Shown here piece by piece: positions 25,369-32,000 of a stretch of 32,000 nucleotides of DNA (the stretch's first letter is position 1; each line of letters starts with the position of its first letter). This DNA comes from Synechococcus sp. A15-28 (GTDB lineage Bacteria > Cyanobacteriota > Cyanobacteriia > PCC-6307 > Cyanobiaceae). The stretch covers positions 1,590,001 through 1,622,000 of the forward strand of contig NZ_CP047931.1 in NCBI RefSeq assembly GCF_014280175.1. Direction: 5' to 3'. The position numbers were made by a program, and so were the translations under genes. Under the pieces are notes generated by a model. The model was not told where the DNA came from. It saw only the letters and a program-made list of their open reading frames with translations, and did not search any database.

Positions 25369-25866
25369 TCAGCGGTAATTCTCAAACTGCAGAGGAACAT
25401 CCAATTCATCTTCTTTGCTTTTGACCAACTGGATCGCAGCCTGCAAATCATCTTTGCTCTTCCCCGTGATCCGCACACTCTCCCCCTGAATCGCCACGGT
25501 GATTTTTTTCAATTCGTCGCGGACGATCTTGCTGAGCTTCTTGGCGATTTCCTGGCTGAGGCCCTTACGCAGTTTCACCACCTGCTTCACCCGGTTTCCG
25601 CCAACACTCTCTGGGGTTTGAAAATCGAAGATCTTCAACGACAGATTGCGCTTGGTGGCCTTGGTTCTCAACACATCCTCGACGGCCTGCAGCGTCATAT
25701 CGCTGGCGGTTGTGATTACCAGTTCGGTCTCCTCCAGCTCGATCTCGGTGTTGGAGTCCTTGAGGTCGTAGCGGTTACCGACATCGCGCCGCACCTGATC
25801 AAGGGTGTTGACCAGCTCCTGACGATCGAAGTCGGAGACCACATCAAAGGACGACGTGCTTGCCAT
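25369..25866 (-). CDS. yajQ: YajQ family nucleotide-binding protein (UPF0234)
   Basis: SFDVVSDFDRQELVNTLDQVRRDVGNRYDLKD and GESVRITGKSKDDLQ are YajQ hallmarks. The ATG at 25866 is preferred. Confidence 0.85.
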   Translation of the reverse strand: MASTSSFDVVSDFDRQELVNTLDQVRRDVGNRYDLKDSNTEIELEETELVITTASDMTLQAVEDVLRTKATKRNLSLKIFDFQTPESVGGNRVKQVVKLRKGLSQEIAKKLSKIVRDELKKITVAIQGESVRITGKSKDDLQAAIQLVKSKEDELDVPLQFENYR

Positions 25867-25923
25867 AACTCGCATTCATTCCAGTTCTCAGTTTAGAAAG
25901 GCCTCACACACCAGCCCACATCA

Positions 25924-26376
25924 ATGTCGCTGTTGCAGCTGTTCACCGCCACGGATTGCGCACCCTATGCATGGTCCTTGGTTCTGGCGGGTGGCACCGT
26001 GGTCGCCAGCCTCATCCCCCTGGGCGCCGCCCGCTCGGCCGCCAATTTCGAGATGAAGGACATGGCCGCCCCAAGAGCGATTTTTGAGCGGTTTCCCGCC
26101 TGGGGAAAACGGGCCAGCTGGGCTCACCAGAACAGCTTCGAAGCCTTCAGCCTGCACGCACCAGCTGCTGTACTTGCCCTGATTGCTGCGCTGCACACCG
26201 GCCCCCTGCCAGGGCTCGCCCTCACCGCTGCCTTTCTCCATCCGGCGCTGCGCCTCGCCTACATCGCGGCCTACGTCGGCAACATCCCTCCCGCTCGTGG
26301 GCTTTGCTGGGCCTCAGGACTGCTCTGCAGCGGAATTCTTTACAGTGAAGGATTGAAAGCCCTCATCAACAGTTGA
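25924..26376 (+). CDS. MAPEG-family membrane protein
   Basis: 150 aa with 3-4 hydrophobic helices. The WAHQNSFEAFSLHAPA block is typical of bacterial MAPEG-like proteins. Confidence 0.6.
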   Translation: MSLLQLFTATDCAPYAWSLVLAGGTVVASLIPLGAARSAANFEMKDMAAPRAIFERFPAWGKRASWAHQNSFEAFSLHAPAAVLALIAALHTGPLPGLALTAAFLHPALRLAYIAAYVGNIPPARGLCWASGLLCSGILYSEGLKALINS

Positions 26377-26387
26377 TTCGGCAGCAC

Positions 26388-26811
26388 TCAATCGAAGTCA
26401 ACGTGATATTCACGAGAGACAGACATGAGCTCTTTCGCAAATAAAACTGATGAGTCGATCAAACCGATCCATTGCCACAGCAGAGACGGGCAGCGCCAAA
26501 GCCAGCAAGTCAAATTGACTTCATCATCAGAGCCAGAGACTTTCGGCGATTTCAATCAATTCCAACCAGCTTTCATCAACGCCCATTATCTTCAAAATGT
26601 CCTAACTTATTAATCTCTCCGCGATGGCGCTCTAAGCTGCACAACATATTATTCTTACGACTGACAAGTACCGTCAGCAATAACCAAGGGCGTCAATCAG
26701 AATGATGGATGTCATTGATAAGCGGATATCTTCACTAACCAACTCAGTGTCGTACTGACTAAACGACAAAATCGGTCCACGGTTCATGTTGACACCAAAT
26801 CATCAATCGAA
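26388..26811. other. AT-rich 0.4 kb non-coding insert bounded by a perfect 9-bp direct repeat TCAATCGAA; candidate MITE-like or remnant element
   Basis: TCAATCGAA occurs at 26388-26396 and 26803-26811. There is an imperfect terminal inverted repeat: GTCAACGTGA (26397-26406) against TCATGTTGAC (26784-26793). The interior is clearly AT-richer than the flanks and holds only short ORFs. Confidence 0.3.
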
Positions 26812-27336
26812 ATACAGAAGGCTCACGACCTTGCCAATGTCTTCTGCTGTGCGAGCACTCGCTAGCAGCGTTTCACTATCATGAAAAGCCAGACATATCA
26901 ATTGATCGCATCGGTTGATGATTTCCTGGTTACAGAGGCTGCTGGCCATCGGTAGGGGAAGATCGTCCTGCTCAGGCTTCTCAATCAGATGGAGCACACG
27001 ATCAAGAAGGTCGCGGATCTCCGTGGCCTGCCGATCCAGACTCTGGGGCAACAGCACCGTGAGCTGAGACGGATCCACATCCAAACATCCGCGGATCACA
27101 GCGGCATTCACCCCTTGGGAACCCGATGTGATCAGCGAGTGACCCTCCTGCACCAACGATCTGGCCACCAGCTCCACCAGGTGAATGGCCACTACGGGAA
27201 CATGCCGGCTGCCAAGAATGGCAATCCGCCGTTTGCCCTTGTCCTGCAGCAGCGCCAGTTCCTGAGCCAGGGTGTCGACCCGATCGAGGGCCGGAAGATC
27301 CAGTGACTGACCCAAGGACAACTCGCCGGACTTCAT
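26803..27336 (-). CDS. DprA/Smf-like Rossmann (SLOG-superfamily) protein
   Basis: 177 aa. RRIAILGSRHVPVVAIHLVELVARSLVQEGHSLITSGSQGVNAAVIRG matches the DprA/LOG-type GS-x-G nucleotide-binding fold pattern. Confidence 0.5.
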   Translation of the reverse strand: MKSGELSLGQSLDLPALDRVDTLAQELALLQDKGKRRIAILGSRHVPVVAIHLVELVARSLVQEGHSLITSGSQGVNAAVIRGCLDVDPSQLTVLLPQSLDRQATEIRDLLDRVLHLIEKPEQDDLPLPMASSLCNQEIINRCDQLICLAFHDSETLLASARTAEDIGKVVSLLYFD

Positions 27337-27352
27337 TTAAAGTTAGCAACCA

Positions 27353-28450
27353 TTAATAGACAAGAACCTGCAGGTCCAGAGCTGAGAACAGGCGGTCCAG
27401 TCGACAGTGTTCTTCCACCAGACGGAAGGCGTAGGTGGCCTTCACAGCTTCATGCAATCGAACGTGGCCGAAGGCCTGTTCAATCACCTCCACCGTAGCC
27501 AGTGTGTCGTGATCAACCTTCAACAGAGGAACGTCCAGCTCTTCCGCCCTGCTGATCAATTGTGGAAGCGGTTCACCGGCTCCGGTGAGAATCAGACACT
27601 GAGTTGAGGCCTCCAACGCCGCGAACTGGATGTCGGTTCGGTCCGCACCGGTGACGACGGCCATGTTGCGGCGGCGGCGAAAAAACTCCATGGCGGAGTT
27701 CACATTCATCGCACCGATGCTGAGGGTCTCCACCAGCAACTCCTGGCGTTCCTCGCAGCAGATCACACGGGCACTGAGGCGCCGCACCAATTCACCCACT
27801 GTGACGCTGCGCAGCAAGGGTGAGCGAGGCATCACACCAAACACCGGCAAGCCGAGGTTCTCAAGCGCCGGCACCACCTGCCGCTCAAGACTCTCGACCT
27901 CTCCAGGGGTGACAGCATTCAGCACAACCCCCAGCAGTCGTTCACCCAGGGTCTGTTTCGCAGCCAGCAGGGCGTCGACGCTGCAACTGTCCTGCCAGAG
28001 GTGCACCAACAGAACCCCGGCATCCAGGCCATCCGCCAGCTGAGGAAGGCTCAACCCGAAGAGCAAACCTTCCTGAAGCGTGCCGGCACACTCCAGCAGG
28101 GTCAGGCCATCGTCATCAGCAATCTGCTGACGCATGCCGTCAAATCCGGCGCCAGCCTGCAGATCTCCCTGGCCGAGACGTTGGGTCGCCGTGGTGGGAG
28201 AGAGCAGATGCAGAGAAGGGATCAGCCGGTCCGCCGAAAGACCCAGGGTCTCACCAACAAAACGGACGTCATCGTCAATCAGCGGCTGAGGTAAGGGGCC
28301 CTTGTTGGGATCCCAGTCCAGACTGGTCGCCAGTGGTTTACCGAAGCGGACCCGTTGTCCGTCCTGCTTGAGCTTCTGCGCAATCCCAAGAACAAGAGCC
28401 GACTTGCCGCTGAAGGGCTCACAGGATCCGATCAGCAGCGTCCTTCCCAT
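27353..28450 (-). CDS. Phosphotransacetylase N-terminal-like protein (BioD/CobQ-like P-loop domain plus DRTGG domain, no PTA catalytic domain)
   Basis: LLIGSCEPFSGKSALVLGIAQKL (P-loop-like) and VVTGADRTDIQFAALEASTQCLILTGAGEP (DRTGG). ATG at 28450 (TTG at 28459 in the track). Confidence 0.65.
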   Translation of the reverse strand: MGRTLLIGSCEPFSGKSALVLGIAQKLKQDGQRVRFGKPLATSLDWDPNKGPLPQPLIDDDVRFVGETLGLSADRLIPSLHLLSPTTATQRLGQGDLQAGAGFDGMRQQIADDDGLTLLECAGTLQEGLLFGLSLPQLADGLDAGVLLVHLWQDSCSVDALLAAKQTLGERLLGVVLNAVTPGEVESLERQVVPALENLGLPVFGVMPRSPLLRSVTVGELVRRLSARVICCEERQELLVETLSIGAMNVNSAMEFFRRRRNMAVVTGADRTDIQFAALEASTQCLILTGAGEPLPQLISRAEELDVPLLKVDHDTLATVEVIEQAFGHVRLHEAVKATYAFRLVEEHCRLDRLFSALDLQVLVY

Positions 28451-28476
28451 GAACCGCAAATGTTTGACATGTAAAT

Positions 28477-28899
28477 CTAGGCGTCATCAGCCTCTGGGTC
28501 TGTACCAACGAGCAACCAAACCCAGAACGCGTCGGGGAGATCAGCTTTGCCTGGCTCCCCGGCGGGGCCGTCCATCAACCACTGCACCAGCTGATGGGTG
28601 ACCAGCTCAAATCGGTAGGGCTCAGCACGAGTCTCCGTAAAAATCAATTGGCAGGTCGCCATCTCCAGTGGGGCATGGCCACCCTCCCAGCTCAGCTGAA
28701 AGGCATGCCCGTCCATACCCTCCCGTGGACGGATCCCCCGAAACTCGCCGGCCAGCAGGGTCTGCAGAGCAGAACGAAGATCCTGCTCTCTGGCAAGGCC
28801 GCCGCAGTAAGGCGCGAACAGGGCCAGGAGGGCAGCATCAGACACGGAAGCGGGCACTAGCGGGCGGTTGCCCACAAGGATGGCCCAAGCTGATCCCAT
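28477..28899 (-). CDS. Hypothetical protein
   Basis: ORF open from TTG 28920; the ATG at 28899 is preferred. Composition is coding-like and no family is recognised. It is 26 nt upstream of the DRTGG gene on the same strand. Confidence 0.4.
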   Translation of the reverse strand: MGSAWAILVGNRPLVPASVSDAALLALFAPYCGGLAREQDLRSALQTLLAGEFRGIRPREGMDGHAFQLSWEGGHAPLEMATCQLIFTETRAEPYRFELVTHQLVQWLMDGPAGEPGKADLPDAFWVWLLVGTDPEADDA

Positions 28900-29629
28900 G
28901 GCACAGCCCACAACAAGCAATCACCGCTGGAGCGGATGCCGTGTCGGCATCACCGGAGTCCGCGGGGCTCTGGGTCAGGCGTTGGCGAGCCGTTTCCATC
29001 AGGCCGGTGCCGTGGTGACCGGATTCACCCACGGTGATCCACCGATTGAGGTCGAGAGCCCTCTGGATCACTGGGTGTCATGGACCTGCGGCCAGGAGGA
29101 GGCCTTGGTGCCCTACCTAAAAGACCTGGATGTGCTGGTGCTGAACCACGGCATCAATCCCCAGGGGGATCAGCGCCCAGGCACTGTGACCAGAGCACTG
29201 GAGGTGAACGCCCTGAGCAGCTGGCGAATGCTGCAGTGCTGCGAACGTCTGTGCCGTGAACGAACCTCGCAGCCGCTGGAGGTGTGGGTCAACACGTCCG
29301 AAGCGGAGATCCAACCAGCCGCGAGCCCGGCCTATGAGCTGAGCAAACGCCTGCTCGGTCAACTGGTCAGCATGCGTGGTGCCACCCGCGATGCAGAGGA
29401 GCGCTCACGACTGGTGCTGCGGAAACTGGTGTTGGGCCCGTTCCGCTCCGAACTCAATCCCATCGGCGTCATGAACGCCGACTTCGTGTCAGGCCAGGTG
29501 CTCTGGCAAGCGCGGATCGGAGCACGTCTCATCATCGTCACACCGAATCCGCTGACCTATGTACTGATGCCACTGACGGAACTCGGGCGATGGCTTTACA
29601 GCCGAGCGCTCAGTCGCCCCGATCCGTGA
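28880..29629 (+). CDS. Short-chain dehydrogenase/reductase (SDR) family oxidoreductase
   Basis: Gly-rich dinucleotide motif [14 protein letters not shown], and the catalytic YxxxK (YELSK). The start is uncertain (ATG 28880 or 28898; TTG 28868). Confidence 0.7.
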   Translation: MAQADPMAQPTTSNHRWSGCRVGITGVRGALGQALASRFHQAGAVVTGFTHGDPPIEVESPLDHWVSWTCGQEEALVPYLKDLDVLVLNHGINPQGDQRPGTVTRALEVNALSSWRMLQCCERLCRERTSQPLEVWVNTSEAEIQPAASPAYELSKRLLGQLVSMRGATRDAEERSRLVLRKLVLGPFRSELNPIGVMNADFVSGQVLWQARIGARLIIVTPNPLTYVLMPLTELGRWLYSRALSRPDP

Positions 29630-30455
29630 GGATCTCGCAGCCGTCACTGGTGACCAGAACTGTGTGTTCCCACTGAGCTGACAGGGATCCATCCCGGGTC
29701 ACCACTGTCCAGCGATCCTTCAGGGTGCGGCATGCCTTACTGCCAGCGTTCAGGATCGGCTCAATCGCCAGGGTCATGCCTGGACGCAACGTGACATTGG
29801 GCAGTTCATCGGTGCGGAAGTTGAACACCGAGGGCTCTTCATGCAGATTTCTGCCGACACCATGGCCGGTGTAGTCCTCCACGACGCTGAACCCATTGGC
29901 CTTGACGTGGTCCTCCACCGCACCGGCGATATCAAGAAGGGTGTTGCCTGCTTTGACCTTGCTCAGGCCCGCCATCAGGGATTCCCGGGCAACACGGCTG
30001 AGGATCTGGGCCTCATCCGAGGACTCGCCCACACAGACGGTGATGCAGCTATCGCCGTGGTAGCCATCGAAGTAGGCACCTGTATCCACCTTCAGCAGAT
30101 CCCCCTGGTGGATCACCCGTTTGGCACTGGGAATGCCGTGCACAACCTCATTGTTGATGCTGGCGCAGATGCTTGCCGGGAAGCCGTGGTACCCCTTGAA
30201 ACTCGGTGTGGCCCCCATCTCTCGGATGCGCTTCTCAGCAAAGGCATCCAGGTCGCCCGTCGTCTGTCCCGGCTCCACCATGGCCATCACTTCCCGCAGC
30301 ACTGTCGCGACGATGCGACTGGCCTCCCGCATGATTTTGATCTCACGGGCTGACTTGATCTCCACACCCCGGCGTTTCTGAATCCGGGGACCTGTGGCTG
30401 TTGCCGTCGGGGCCTGGGTGGAGGCCAGCAGATCTGCGAATAAATTCATCAACAT
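29610..30455 (-). CDS. map: Type I methionine aminopeptidase
   Basis: [34 protein letters not shown] and EHTVLVT are the MetAP metal-ligand blocks. Confidence 0.9.
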   Translation of the reverse strand: MLMNLFADLLASTQAPTATATGPRIQKRRGVEIKSAREIKIMREASRIVATVLREVMAMVEPGQTTGDLDAFAEKRIREMGATPSFKGYHGFPASICASINNEVVHGIPSAKRVIHQGDLLKVDTGAYFDGYHGDSCITVCVGESSDEAQILSRVARESLMAGLSKVKAGNTLLDIAGAVEDHVKANGFSVVEDYTGHGVGRNLHEEPSVFNFRTDELPNVTLRPGMTLAIEPILNAGSKACRTLKDRWTVVTRDGSLSAQWEHTVLVTSDGCEILTDRGD

Positions 30456-30503
30456 CCTTCTATATCCGTCACGCTATCAACAGCAACTGATTGAAGGTCG
30501 GTC

Positions 30504-30788
30504 ATGAGCCTGCTTGTGCGGGTGCGCGAACTGCATCGGGCCGTTGCCCCGTTGGTGCTGCTTCCGTTGTTCATCACCGTTTGCTCAGGGGTTGGCTACC
30601 GACTTGCCCGCGACTGGATGGGCTTTGAGCGTGACCAGGTGCATTGGCTGATGACCTTGCACGAAGGCGAATGGCTGGGGGCCACGCTGGAGCCGTTGGT
30701 GGTGCTGTTGAACGCCCTTGGGTTGCTCTGGATGCTGATCAGTGGTGCCGGGTTGCTGATCGAACGATGGCATCGAAAGGTACACTGA
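30504..30788 (+). CDS. Small two-helix membrane protein, hypothetical
   Basis: 94 aa with hydrophobic helices at both ends (LVLLPLFITVCSGVGY and LVVLLNALGLLWMLISGAGLL). Confidence 0.5.
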   Translation: MSLLVRVRELHRAVAPLVLLPLFITVCSGVGYRLARDWMGFERDQVHWLMTLHEGEWLGATLEPLVVLLNALGLLWMLISGAGLLIERWHRKVH

Positions 30789-30816
30789 TCGTTTGGCGAT
30801 TTAACGCGGAGCTGGG

Positions 30817-31275
30817 ATGGCAGCCGATCCGAAGGACACGACGGTGACGGAAGAGAGCACTGAGAGCGCAGCTGAGGTGGAGGCCGTGGCGAGTGCTCCG
30901 ACAACCCCAGCTCAGAAGCTCAGCGCCGAAGCCCTGATCAAGGCCTTCGAGACGGAGCAGATGAAGACCGATCTCCCTGAGATCTACGTCGGTGACACCG
31001 TCCGCGTTGGCGTCCGCATCAGCGAGGGCAACAAGGAGCGTGTTCAGCCCTATGAGGGAGTGGTCATCTCCAAGCGTCACGGCGGGATGAACCAGACGAT
31101 CACCGTCCGTCGCATCTTCCAGGGCATTGGAGTGGAGCGGGTGTTCATGCTCCACAGTCCGCAGGTGGCCAACGTCAAGGTTGAACGGCGCGGTAAAGTT
31201 CGTCGGGCGAAGCTTTTCTATCTGCGGGAACGGGTGGGCAAGGCCACCCGCGTGAAGCAGCGCTTCGATCGCTGA
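30817..31275 (+). CDS. rplS: 50S ribosomal protein L19 (with acidic N-terminal extension)
   Basis: [32 protein letters not shown]...[16 protein letters not shown]...[16 protein letters not shown] is the L19 core. Confidence 0.9.
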   Translation: MAADPKDTTVTEESTESAAEVEAVASAPTTPAQKLSAEALIKAFETEQMKTDLPEIYVGDTVRVGVRISEGNKERVQPYEGVVISKRHGGMNQTITVRRIFQGIGVERVFMLHSPQVANVKVERRGKVRRAKLFYLRERVGKATRVKQRFDR

Positions 31276-31300
31276 GGTCTCGGCCTCGTTCAATCAAGTC

Positions 31301-31321
31301 GCTGACATCCTCGATGTCAGC
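31301..31321 (+). terminator. Perfect 9-bp stem hairpin downstream of rplS (possible terminator or processing site, no T-tract)
   Basis: gctgacatc-ctc-gatgtcagc read directly. It lies between rplS and tRNA-Trp. Confidence 0.3.
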
Positions 31322-31337
31322 AGGGGTTCATCGCCTT

Positions 31338-31410
31338 GCGCCGTTAGTTCAGTTGGTAGAACGCAGGTCTCCAAAACCTGATGTCGGGGGTTCGAGTCCT
31401 CCACGGCGCG
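31338..31410 (+). tRNA. trnW: tRNA-Trp (anticodon CCA)
   Basis: Manual cloverleaf: acceptor GCGCCGT/ACGGCGC, D arm GTTC/GAAC, anticodon stem CAGGT/ACCTG with loop CTCCAAA, T loop TTCGAGT. CCA is not encoded. Confidence 0.9.
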
Positions 31411-31448
31411 TCCGATGAGCCCCGATGTGTAGTTTCCCGGTTCTGAGC

Positions 31449-31637
31449 ATGGAGTTGGATCTTCAACCTGGTGATGTCGTGAAGGTGCTGGAGTCAGCCG
31501 CTCTTGGCTGGGTTCGTGCCCGCGTGATCCGCGTCAAATCAGGTGGTCGTGTGGTCGTTCAGAGCGATCAAGGTCGGGAGTTCACCGCCCGAGGGAACCA
31601 GGTTCGCCTGATCGAGCCAGCAGGCTTCCGCCCCTGA
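31449..31637 (+). CDS. Small hypothetical protein
   Basis: 62 aa from the ATG at 31449 (MELDLQPGDVVKVLES...), beta-rich. A strong terminator follows it. Confidence 0.5.
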   Translation: MELDLQPGDVVKVLESAALGWVRARVIRVKSGGRVVVQSDQGREFTARGNQVRLIEPAGFRP

Positions 31638-31660
31638 ATTCGAGTTGTTTCTTCAGCGAA

Positions 31661-31693
31661 CCCCCGATGGCTCCGACATCGGGGGTTTTGTTG
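31661..31693 (+). terminator. Rho-independent terminator
   Basis: Perfect 9-bp stem cccccgatg/catcggggg with a 7-nt loop, followed by ttttgttg. Confidence 0.7.
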
Positions 31694-31838
31694 TGACCTG
31701 ACCTCAACAAGGCAGATCAGCACAGGAATTCGACGGAATTGTTGACGGAGGGCAGGGCAAGGGTCAATACTGATTTGGTCGCGCAGGCGACACAGATCAG
31801 GTGCCACGGGGCGAGTCCTTTGTGTCTCCATTTGATCT

Positions 31839-31912
31839 GGGACCGTAGTTCAACCGGTTAGAGCACCGCCCTGTCACGGCGGAAGTTGCGGGTTCGAATC
31901 CCGTCGGTCCCG
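31839..31912 (+). tRNA. trnD: tRNA-Asp (anticodon GTC)
   Basis: Manual cloverleaf: acceptor GGGACCG/CGGTCCC, anticodon stem CCGCC/GGCGG with loop CTGTCAC, T loop TTCGAAT. Confidence 0.9.
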
Positions 31913-31933
31913 TTTTCACCACCCGAAACCGCA

Positions 31934-32000
31934 ATGGTGCGCGTTCGTCTGGCCCCCAGCCCCACGGGCACGCTTCACATCGGAACGGCGCGGACAGCCG
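31934..32000 (+). CDS. gltX: Glutamate--tRNA ligase, N-terminal fragment (runs off the window)
   Basis: [22 protein letters not shown] is the class I HIGH-region N-terminus typical of GltX. Confidence 0.75.
   Translation, partial: MVRVRLAPSPTGTLHIGTARTA

Noticed and set aside
26425-26613. 62-aa plus-strand ORF (and a 37-aa minus-strand ATG ORF at 26674-26787) inside the AT-rich insert
   Set aside because: Both are short and low-complexity, with no motifs or clear translation signals. They are treated as part of the non-coding insert unless conservation says otherwise.
30739-31293. 184-aa minus-strand ORF
   Set aside because: It is antisense to ribosomal protein L19, whose identity is unambiguous.
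31338-31912. tRNA-Trp and tRNA-Asp as possible island integration sites
   Set aside because: I found no duplicated tRNA 3'-end fragment elsewhere in the window. The flanking genes (rplS, small ORF, gltX) have core-like composition.

Overview
High-GC, densely packed chromosome segment. Gene content (hemL, glcD, futA/futB, PhoX, PstS, LarC, TPR and small membrane proteins) looks like a marine Synechococcus-type picocyanobacterium; this is inference from memory and cannot be verified here. Positions 1-5461 are the right-hand part of a visibly AT-richer integrative island. It carries a Cas4-like Fe-S PD-(D/E)XK nuclease, divergently a single-HKD PLD-family nuclease, then a small serine recombinase, an HTH protein, an AT-rich membrane-protein cargo gene and a large serine recombinase. 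The 5' end of the large recombinase overlaps the 5' end of the core gene yjbQ. The rest is core genome: yjbQ, pterin carbinolamine dehydratase, a His-rich COG0523 metallochaperone and futA-futB iron uptake. futB converges on and overlaps a six-gene minus-strand chain (hypothetical, M41-like HEXXH membrane protein, LarC, UPF0104 membrane protein, phytase-like protein, Tat-lipoprotein PhoX) joined by ATGA or near-zero junctions. Downstream lie a TPR protein, xthA, glcD, hemL, a cdd / nucleoside deoxyribosyltransferase / mini-PRTase cluster, pstS, yajQ and a MAPEG protein. A 0.4 kb AT-rich insert flanked by a 9-bp direct repeat follows, then a DprA/SLOG-like plus DRTGG pair, an SDR, map, rplS, tRNA-Trp, tRNA-Asp and the start of gltX. 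No CRISPR array, rRNA or transposase was seen. The best candidates for something new are the two-nuclease plus split 2-TM cargo of the recombinase island, the tightly coupled LarC/PhoX chain, and the small AT-rich insert at 26.4-26.8 kb. Many long ORFs in the track are antisense shadows of real genes in GC-rich DNA and were rejected.
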